Source of the DNA: an uncultured Alphaproteobacteria bacterium
GTDB lineage: Bacteria > Pseudomonadota > Alphaproteobacteria > HIMB59 > GCA-002718135
DNA: 64,000 nucleotides
Direction of reading: 5' to 3'
NCBI GenBank assembly: GCA_902603095.1
Contig: CACKTS010000002.1
Span: forward strand, 3,652-67,651
Shown: positions 25,657 to 33,752 of the stretch, piece after piece
Position numbering within the stretch: position 1 is the first letter of the stretch
How the letters are laid out: every line of letters starts with the position of its first letter
Notes under the pieces: generated by a model
Told to the model about the DNA's origin: nothing
The model's database searches: none
Seen by the model: the letters and a program-made list of their open reading frames with translations, nothing else
Program-made: the position numbers and the translations under genes

Positions 25657-27007
25657 ATGTCAATAAAAGAAATAAAATCAGGAACTTTATATAAAGAGTA
25701 TTCATTAGAAATTCCATATGAGGAAATAAATCAAATTATTGAATCTAAAATAAATGAAATTTTACCAACAGTATCAATGCCTGGTTTTAGAAAAGGAAAG
25801 GCCCCAGCCAATATTGTTAGAAAAAAATATGAAAGCTCAGTAATTTCTGAAGCTATTGAAAATTTAGTACAAACTAAAACAAAAGATTTACTTGATAAAA
25901 AAAATCTTAAACCATTTACTCAACCCAAAATAGATTTAAAAAAATATGAAAAAAATCAACCAATAGAGGTTGAAATAAAAATAGATCTTGAGCCAGAAAT
26001 TATACTTAAAGATTTTAAAAAAATTAATGTTAATAAATATGAAATTAAATTAGATAAATCAATTATAGAAAAAAATTATAAAGAATTTCTTAATTCTCAA
26101 AAACAATATTCAAAAATAGTAAATAACAGAGAAATTAAAATTTCTGATAAAGTATTAATTAATCTTTCTTCTAATGATGAGATTACTCCAGATTTTTTAA
26201 AATTACAAAAAAAACCTTCCAATAATAATTGATTCTGAGTATCAAATATTACCTGATATAGGCACTAAACTAAAAGAAAAAAAACTAAAAAAAGGTGACA
26301 AAACAAATATTAATTTGGATGTATCAAAATCATTAAAACTAAACGAAAAAAAAATGATAAATTTCGAAATAGAAGTTATTGAAATTGAAGAGTCAGTTCC
26401 TTTCGTTGTTGATAAAGAATTTTTAGAAAAAAACAGTTTAAAAAATGAAGAAGAATTGAAAAAAAATCTAGAAATTAATCTTAAATCTCAATTTGAAAAT
26501 GGATTAAAACAAATAGAAAAAAAAGAGCTCATGGATACATTGGATCTAGAGCATCAATTTGATTTACCTCAAGGTATTATAGATCAAGAATTTAATGATA
26601 TTTGGCATAGACTGGAGCATGCAAAAAAAGATGGAAAGTTAGATGATGATGATAAAAAACTAAATGATGATCAGCTAAAAAAAAGATATGAAAAAATTTC
26701 AAAAAGAAGAGTAAAGTTGGCGATCCTGCTACAGCACATTGCCAAAGAAAATAAAATATCTGTTGAAGAAAAAGAAATATCTAATGGAATGATGGCTTAT
26801 GCTTCTCAATATCCTGGTCAAGAGAAGCAAATAATTGAATATTTCAAAAATAATCCATCTTCTATAGAAACTATAAGAGGTCCAATTTTAGAAGAAAAAG
26901 TCATAGAAACTGTCATTTCAGGGGCAAAAGTAACTAAAAAAATAGTAAGTAAAGATGAATATGAAAAACTTGAGAAAAAAACTTTCGACGTTAAAAAGGG
27001 AAAATAA
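25657..27007 (+). pseudogene. tig: trigger factor, reading frame broken by a 1-nt homopolymer indel (possibly a sequencing artefact)
   Basis: Track ORFs 25654-26232 (frame 1; ...MPGFRKGKAPANIVRKKY...) and 26315-27007 (frame 2) are the N- and C-terminal parts of one ~450-aa trigger factor. Frame 2 is already open from 26201 and reads ...KKNLPIIIDSEYQILPDIGTKLKEKKLKKGD... The switch maps to the A8 run at 26207-26214. Confidence 0.85.
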
Positions 27008-27618
27008 TGAAAGATATTGAAAAAATTACTAATAATTTGATACCTATGGTTGTTGAACAATCTTCTCGTGGGGAAAGAGCATATGATATTTATTCACGAT
27101 TGCTGAAAGAAAGAATAATTTTTCTCACTGGACCAATTGATGATAACACTGCAAGTCTAATTTGTGCTCAACTATTATTTTTAGAGTCAGAAAATCCAAA
27201 AAAAGAAATTTCTTTTTATATCAATTCACCAGGTGGTATCGTTTGGTCAGGACTGGCCATTTATGATACTATGCAATACATTTCATCAGAAATTATGACA
27301 ATATGTATAGGGCAAGCTGCTTCTGCTGGTTCTTTGTTACTTACTGCAGGTTCAAAAGACATGAGATTCTCATTGCCTAATTCAAGAATTATGGTTCATC
27401 AACCAAGTGGAGGGTATCAAGGTCAAGTCACTGATATTGAAATTCAAACCACTGAAATAAAAAAAACAAAAGAAAAGTTAAATAAAATTTATGCTAAACA
27501 TACAGACAATAAAATTGAAGATGTTGAAAAAATTATGGAGAGAGATAAATATTTTTCTCCAGAAGAAGCAATAAAGTTTGGTTTGATTGATAAAATTGTG
27601 GAGAATAGAAAAAATTAA
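27007..27618 (+). CDS. clpP: ATP-dependent Clp protease proteolytic subunit
   Basis: 203 aa. ...[12 protein letters not shown]..., catalytic Ser context [11 protein letters not shown], ...MVHQPSGG... Confidence 0.95.
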   Translation: MKDIEKITNNLIPMVVEQSSRGERAYDIYSRLLKERIIFLTGPIDDNTASLICAQLLFLESENPKKEISFYINSPGGIVWSGLAIYDTMQYISSEIMTICIGQAASAGSLLLTAGSKDMRFSLPNSRIMVHQPSGGYQGQVTDIEIQTTEIKKTKEKLNKIYAKHTDNKIEDVEKIMERDKYFSPEEAIKFGLIDKIVENRKN

Positions 27619-28091
27619 TGACCAAGAAAGAGGAAAAAGAAACTTTATTTTGTTCCTTTTGCGGAAAAAGTCAAAAGGAAGTAAAAAAATTAATAGCAGG
27701 TCCAACTGTTTTTGTATGTGATGAGTGTGTTGAACTATGTATGGACATTATAAAAGAAGATACAAAAAATAGTAAATCAAAATTAAAAAAAGATACTCCA
27801 AAACCAAGAGAAATAAAAAAATTTTTGGATGATTTTGTTATTGGTCAAAATAATGCAAAAAAAATATTATCTGTAGCAGTATATAATCATTATAAAAGAT
27901 TAGCTCATTCTAGTTTTGAAGATGTTGAAATCTCTAAATCTAATATTTTATTAGTTGGTCCAACTGGCACAGGTAAGACTTTATTAGCTCAAACTTTAGC
28001 AAAAATTCTAGATGTCCCATTTACAGTTGCTGATGCTACTAGTTTAACCGAAGCAGGATATGTTGTAAAATTCAAATTAATCAAGTTATAA
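27618..28091 (+). pseudogene. clpX: clpX 5' fragment only (zinc-binding domain and Walker A), truncated at about nt 28065
   Basis: 157-aa [33 protein letters not shown], then ...[39 protein letters not shown], then unrelated VKFKLIKL*. Full-length ClpX is about 420 aa and continues ...EAGYVGEDVENI... Confidence 0.85.
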
Positions 28092-28538
28092 AAATTTGCT
28101 TTTGAAATAATTATTAAAACACCAATAATTGATAAAATTATACCAAAAAAATTGCATAAAGTAAGTTTGTGTTTTAAAAATTAACCAAGAAAAAAGAATT
28201 ATTAATAATGGAGTAATAGATGCCATTATTGAAGAGTTAATAACCATCGAAGTTTGGAGAGATAAATAAGTAAAAGAATTAAAAATAGTTACTCCAAGAA
28301 TTGAAGTAATTAAAATAAATGGAAGATTTTTTTTATATTTTTCAAAATCATCAACTATTTTTTTATATGTAAATGGAAGTAATAATAAAAAAGCTAAAGA
28401 CCATCTTAAAAAACTTAATTTAAATGGTGTTAGTTCATAAAGAGATGCAATTTTACCTGTAAAAAAATTACCTGACCAAAATAAAGATGAGGCTACTAAT
28501 AATATAAAAGCAAAATAAATACTTTTGGTATTAACCAT
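28069..28538 (-). pseudogene. EamA/DMT-family transporter gene, 5' half only, also carrying a 1-nt frameshift
   Basis: The track ORF (150 aa) is EamA-like up to ...IILFSWLIFK. A second frame then continues ...[35 protein letters not shown], and similarity stops where the antisense of clpX begins. The family is normally about 290 aa with 10 TM helices. Confidence 0.7.
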
Positions 28539-29403
28539 CTACTAATGTCATTAAAGATGAAGTATCATATCTTGATCCTCCATTTTTTTGAATCTCTTCA
28601 TAATATTTATCAATTAGTTTAGTAATTGGTAATGATGCACCATTCTTTTTAGCTTCATCAAAACAAATGGATAGGTCTTTTCGCATCCAATCTACCGCAA
28701 ATCCAAATTCAAATTTACCTTCTAGCATAGTTTTATAGCGATTTTCCATCTGCCATGATTGAGCGGCTCCCTTAGAGATAACTTGAAGAACTTTTTCCAT
28801 ATCTAAATTAGCTTTTTTACCAAAAGCCAATGCTTCAGATAACCCTTGAACAAGACCAGCTATACAAATTTGATTAATCATTTTTGCCATTTGACCTGAA
28901 CCTGCTGAACCTATTAATTCTATAGTTTTTCCATATGAACTCATAATAGGTTTTGCTAAGTTGAATTGATCTTCATCACCGCCAACCATTATGGAAAGAA
29001 TTCCTTTTTCCGCACCAGCCTGACCTCCAGAAACTGGCGCATCAAGAAAATGAAAATTATTATCTTTAGATATTTGATAATATTTTTTCGCAATATTTGA
29101 TGAGGCTGTTGTATGATCAATAATTATTGAATTATCTTTTATATTTTTAATAATTCCATCATCTCCTTCCATTACAGAAACTAAATCTTCATCTCTTCCA
29201 ACACAAATAAAAACTATATCCGCTTTTGAAACAGCTGTTCCAGGTGTTAATTGAGATGAACCAGAAAATTCTTTGACCCATTTTTCAGCAACAGTTGAAG
29301 TTCTGTTATATACAGTAGTGTTAAAATTATTTTTTATTAAATGTCCTGCCATATTATAACCCATCACACCAAGACCGATAAAAGTTACATTTTTTATTTC
29401 CAT
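28531..29403 (-). CDS. NAD(P)-dependent beta-hydroxyacid dehydrogenase (3-hydroxyisobutyrate dehydrogenase family)
   Basis: 290 aa. Rossmann motif VTFIGLGVMGYNMAGHL, then ...FLDAPVSGGQAGAEKG... Confidence 0.85.
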   Translation of the reverse strand: MEIKNVTFIGLGVMGYNMAGHLIKNNFNTTVYNRTSTVAEKWVKEFSGSSQLTPGTAVSKADIVFICVGRDEDLVSVMEGDDGIIKNIKDNSIIIDHTTASSNIAKKYYQISKDNNFHFLDAPVSGGQAGAEKGILSIMVGGDEDQFNLAKPIMSSYGKTIELIGSAGSGQMAKMINQICIAGLVQGLSEALAFGKKANLDMEKVLQVISKGAAQSWQMENRYKTMLEGKFEFGFAVDWMRKDLSICFDEAKKNGASLPITKLIDKYYEEIQKNGGSRYDTSSLMTLVDG

Positions 29404-30198
29404 TTATTCATCCTCCATCAAACTCAAAATTTTATAGTTAAGATTCTTAGAATTACTAACAACAAGATTATTTGAATGCTCATAAAATTTATATCCTAAT
29501 TTATCAAAATGACAATCATGTCCTCCAGCTTGACGGACAATAAAAACACCTGGAATATGGTCCCAGGGATATAATCTTGATAACAGCGCAAAATTTCTAA
29601 GTCCTAAAGCTATATCTAAATATTCACACCCTATCGATCCATAAGAATCTATTTTTTCAAAAAAATTTTTAATTTCTTTTATTTTTATTTTTTTAGTTTC
29701 ACTCCAATATTTAGAACTTACTGAACCAATTGCATTTTCAATTTGTGTTTCTTTTTTTAAAATTAATTTCTTATCATTAATAAAAGTACCGTTACTACCC
29801 GCATATATAAATTCTTCAGAAATAGGTTTATAAATAAAAGCTTGTTTTATTTTATTTTTTTTGGTTAAGCCCACCATTACTGCAAATCTTTCTTTTGAAT
29901 TAACAAAATTTTTCGTTCCATCTATAGGATCAACAGTCCAACAATAATTGTCTGATGAATAATTTTTTAATATCGAAGGATCTTTTGAAAAAGTTTCCTC
30001 TCCTATGAAATAGGTATTATTAAGTAATTTTGATAATTGTTTTTTTAATTCTAATTCAACTGCAATATCTACTTCGGTAACAATATCTAATCCATTTTTA
30101 AAAGAAATTTGATTTTCTTTTAAATTACCAAAACTTGGTATTATGATATTTTTACTTATATTGTATAATATTTCTTTTATTTGATTTTGATTTACCAC
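29404..30198 (-). CDS. inositol monophosphatase family protein
   Basis: 264 aa. ...YFIGEE..., metal-binding signature WTVDPIDGTKNF, ...WDHIPG... Confidence 0.8.
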   Translation of the reverse strand: MVNQNQIKEILYNISKNIIIPSFGNLKENQISFKNGLDIVTEVDIAVELELKKQLSKLLNNTYFIGEETFSKDPSILKNYSSDNYCWTVDPIDGTKNFVNSKERFAVMVGLTKKNKIKQAFIYKPISEEFIYAGSNGTFINDKKLILKKETQIENAIGSVSSKYWSETKKIKIKEIKNFFEKIDSYGSIGCEYLDIALGLRNFALLSRLYPWDHIPGVFIVRQAGGHDCHFDKLGYKFYEHSNNLVVSNSKNLNYKILSLMEDE

Positions 30199-30200
30199 AA

Positions 30201-31043
30201 CTATTTAATAATAGATTTATATAAATTTAAAGCCAAAGTTTTTGTTATAATTCCTATTTTTCCATTATTGATTTTATATTTATCAACCTGAATTATTGGA
30301 GTAATAAGGCTACCTGAACTAGTAATAAAAACTTCATCAGCATTATATAATTCTTTTTTTGTAAATTTTTTCTCTTTTAAAATTAATCCATTTGAATAAA
30401 TTATTTTTATTAATACTGTTCTCGTTACTCCTTTTAAAATTTCTTTATTAGCAGGATGAGTAATAATTTTATTTTTTTTTATTACCCATACATTGGAATG
30501 TGCAGCTTCCGTAATTGTATTACCTTTAAAAAAAATTGCTTCATAAGCACCTTTATTACTTGCATGTGTGGCAGCCAATATATTTGCCAAAAGAGAAGTT
30601 GTTTTAATATCAGGTCTGGCCCACCTGATATCCGGATAAGTAATTGCTTTAAATCCTTTATAATTTTTATTTGGTAAATTAAAATTCTTATTATTGGTGT
30701 AAATAATTATATTGGGCTTTAGATTTTTATTATAAGCATGTTCCCGATTTTGTACTCCTCTAGTTATTTGAAGATAAATAGTTCCATTATTTAAATTGTT
30801 TTTTTTAATCAAATTTATAAAAATTCTATGCAATTTTTTCTTATCTAATTTAAAATTAAAATCTAATTCTTTAGTGGAATATTTTAATCTTCTAATATGA
30901 AAATTATAATCGAGTATTTTTTTTTGAATTACTTTAATAACTTCATAAACACTATCTGAAAATTGAAAACCTCTATCTTCAATATGAATATTTGCATCTT
31001 TATAATTTACATATTTATTATTTAAATAGACATACCTTGACAT
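30201..31043 (-). CDS. class IV aminotransferase (D-amino-acid/branched-chain aminotransferase family)
   Basis: 280 aa. ...IEDRGFQFSDSVYEVI..., ...TSLLANILA..., ...ILKGVTR... Confidence 0.8.
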   Translation of the reverse strand: MSRYVYLNNKYVNYKDANIHIEDRGFQFSDSVYEVIKVIQKKILDYNFHIRRLKYSTKELDFNFKLDKKKLHRIFINLIKKNNLNNGTIYLQITRGVQNREHAYNKNLKPNIIIYTNNKNFNLPNKNYKGFKAITYPDIRWARPDIKTTSLLANILAATHASNKGAYEAIFFKGNTITEAAHSNVWVIKKNKIITHPANKEILKGVTRTVLIKIIYSNGLILKEKKFTKKELYNADEVFITSSGSLITPIIQVDKYKINNGKIGIITKTLALNLYKSIIK

Positions 31044-31046
31044 ATG

Positions 31047-32411
31047 CTAATAAAATGAGAGTAATGACTCTAATTTCTTAATATAATTTGTTTCAGCAAA
31101 AAAAACAACGTCATCATTTTCTTTAAAAACTGTTGTGCTATTAGGAATTATAATTTTATCATTTCTAAAAATTGAAGCAATTCTTATTCCTTTAGGTAAA
31201 CTTAAATCTTTTAAGTTTTTATTACACAAAGCAGTCTGTTTCTTTATTACAGCTTCAATAACCTCACCAAAACCATCGCCAATTGAATAATCACTCATGA
31301 TTCCCCCTCCTCTAACCTTTTCCAAAATTTTTGAAATAGTTATAAGTTTAGGATCTATAGTAATATCTATACCTATATTAGATAACAAAGAGGTGTATGA
31401 GCTATTGTTAATTAATGTTATACACTGATCAGCACCTGCTCTCTTTGCTAACAATGAAGCAAGTATATTAACCTCATCATCTTCAGTTACAGCCACAAAA
31501 TAATCTGCATCGGAAATATTAACTTCATCCAAAATTTGATTATCAAGACCATCTCCATTTGTTACAGTTACATTTTTTAAATTAGATGCTAAAAATTCAG
31601 ATCTATCTTTACTATTTTCAATTAATTCTGTTGATATTCCAGAGTCATATTGTTCAATTAATTCTGATAATGAAAAACCAATATTACCTCCTCCAATAAT
31701 TACTATTTTCTTTGCTTGAATTTCTTTGTGACCAAATTCCATTAGGACGTCTTTTAAATTCTGTGTCTCCACAACCATATAAATTAAATCATTAGCTTCA
31801 ATTTTAGTATAAGAATTAACAATAAATTTTTTGTCTCCTCTAAAAATAAATAAAATATTAGCAAGATAGTCTGGAAATTTAGCTGAAAGTTCTCTTACAG
31901 TTAGGCCTAAATGATCACATATTGGTTCACATTTAAAACCTATTAATTTTAATTTTTTTTCAGATAATTCAACCATATCAATTGTACCAGGTGATATAAT
32001 TCTTCTATGAAAGGCGCTTGCTACTTCTTGTTCAGGAGATATTATTGCATCAATTGGTAAATTGTTTTTTGTATATAAATTTTGCCATTCACCTTTTAAA
32101 TAATCTTGCTGTCTTATACGTGCTATTTTTTTTGGTATATCAAATAAAGAATGTCCAATTTGACATGCAATCATATTTGTTTCGTCACTTTTTGTAACTG
32201 CGATTAAAATCTCACAATCATTTGCACCAGCATTTAATAAAACACTTGGTAAGCTTGGTTGACCTGAAATTACTTTAACATCAAGATTTTCAGAAATTTT
32301 ATTTAATTTTGCTGAAGGCTCATCAACGACTGTAACTTCAAAATTTTCTTTAGATAATTTATCAGCTATGCTGTATCCTACATCTCCTGATCCACAAATT
32401 ATAGTTTTCAT
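31047..32411 (-). CDS. trkA: Trk system potassium uptake protein TrkA (two RCK/NAD-binding repeats)
   Basis: 454 aa. MKTIICGSGDVGYSIA... and a second Rossmann motif IVIIGGGNIGFSL. Confidence 0.9.
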   Translation of the reverse strand: MKTIICGSGDVGYSIADKLSKENFEVTVVDEPSAKLNKISENLDVKVISGQPSLPSVLLNAGANDCEILIAVTKSDETNMIACQIGHSLFDIPKKIARIRQQDYLKGEWQNLYTKNNLPIDAIISPEQEVASAFHRRIISPGTIDMVELSEKKLKLIGFKCEPICDHLGLTVRELSAKFPDYLANILFIFRGDKKFIVNSYTKIEANDLIYMVVETQNLKDVLMEFGHKEIQAKKIVIIGGGNIGFSLSELIEQYDSGISTELIENSKDRSEFLASNLKNVTVTNGDGLDNQILDEVNISDADYFVAVTEDDEVNILASLLAKRAGADQCITLINNSSYTSLLSNIGIDITIDPKLITISKILEKVRGGGIMSDYSIGDGFGEVIEAVIKKQTALCNKNLKDLSLPKGIRIASIFRNDKIIIPNSTTVFKENDDVVFFAETNYIKKLESLLSFY

Positions 32412-32417
32412 TTTATT

Positions 32418-33752
32418 TTAATTAACCGAAATATTTAATGATTTTAGTTTTCGATAAAGTGCTGTTCTTTCCATACCAGTAAATTCTGATACTTTAGATA
32501 TATTACCACTAAACCTTTTTATTTGCGATAATAAATATTCTTTTTCAAACTCTAGTCTAGCTTCTTTGAGAGATAAGTCAAAATTATTAGAAGTATTTTG
32601 TTCTTTGTTGTAATCGCCCATTTCTAAAGCTAAATTATCAACATCAAGTATCAAATCTTTGGAAGAAGATTGATTAAGTATGACAGTTTTTTCTACATAA
32701 TTTACTAATTGAGCTATATTTCCAGGCCAATCAAACATTTCTAATTTTGAAATAGCTGATTTAGAAAAAGTAAGTTTGATATTTCTGTTATTAAATTTTA
32801 AAATATAATAATTTAGTATAGGTAATATATCAGCTACTCTTTCAGATAAACTTGGGCAAATTAAATGATCTACCTTTATTCTTTCATATAATCTTTTCAT
32901 AAAATTACCATTCAATATCTCATCCTCTATTTTTTTTTCAGAAATAGATATAATTTTTTGATCAAGTGTTACTTTAGAATTTTGAAAAAAGTCTTTGGAT
33001 TCAATAAAGAACAAAAACTGTTTTTGAAATTTAAGTGGTATTTGATCAATATTAAGAAGAATTAAAGTATTATTATTTGACCTTACAAAAATATTTTCAT
33101 TCAAATTTTTTATATTTTCAGAAAAAAGAACCTCTAGATTTTTTTCATTTAAATTTGAAAAATCAATTAAAATTGGTATTTTTTCTTTATACTTTGAATT
33201 CTTATGAATATTATTAGCTATTAATTTTTTTCCAACACCAAATGGCCCTTCTATCAATAACCTTGATTTAGATTTAGAAAATTCAATAATTTTTTTATTT
33301 ACTTGAGTATTAAAAACAGAGCTTCCTACTAAATTTTCATCATCCGAAATTAATTCTTTTAAATCTTTATTTTCATTATGAAGTTTAGAGCTTTCAATAG
33401 CTCGTTTAGCTAAAATGATTAATTTATCACTATTAAAAGGTTTTTCTAAAAAATCATAAGCTCCATTTTTTATTGCACTTACAGCTAAATCAACTGTTCC
33501 ATGACCACTAATTATTATTATAGGTATTTCTTTTTTAATTTTTTTGAATTCTTTTAAAAGTTCAATTCCATCTAGTTTACTATTTGAAAGCCAAACATCT
33601 AAAATAATAAGATTAGGGTTATACTTATTATAATTTGATAATGCTTCTTCTGAATTTAAAGCAGAATAAGTTAAATATTGTTCATCTTTTAATATTTCTG
33701 ATATAAGAAAACAAATATCTTTTTCATCATCAATAATTAATACTTTATACAT
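32418..33752 (-). CDS. ntrX: response regulator NtrX (receiver, degenerate AAA+ domain and Fis-type HTH)
   Basis: 444 aa. Receiver VLIIDDE...LIILDVWL...EKPF. AAA+ with GPFGVGKK but no GAFTGA. C-terminal HTH ISKVSEFTGMERTALYRKLK. Overlaps the ntrY stop by 8 nt. Confidence 0.8.
   Translation of the reverse strand: MYKVLIIDDEKDICFLISEILKDEQYLTYSALNSEEALSNYNKYNPNLIILDVWLSNSKLDGIELLKEFKKIKKEIPIIIISGHGTVDLAVSAIKNGAYDFLEKPFNSDKLIILAKRAIESSKLHNENKDLKELISDDENLVGSSVFNTQVNKKIIEFSKSKSRLLIEGPFGVGKKLIANNIHKNSKYKEKIPILIDFSNLNEKNLEVLFSENIKNLNENIFVRSNNNTLILLNIDQIPLKFQKQFLFFIESKDFFQNSKVTLDQKIISISEKKIEDEILNGNFMKRLYERIKVDHLICPSLSERVADILPILNYYILKFNNRNIKLTFSKSAISKLEMFDWPGNIAQLVNYVEKTVILNQSSSKDLILDVDNLALEMGDYNKEQNTSNNFDLSLKEARLEFEKEYLLSQIKRFSGNISKVSEFTGMERTALYRKLKSLNISVN

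Noticed and set aside
25511-25717. 68-aa minus-strand ORF.
   Set aside because: It runs straight through tRNA-Leu (25554-25638) and the tig start, so it is an artefact of the G+C-rich tRNA sequence lacking stops.
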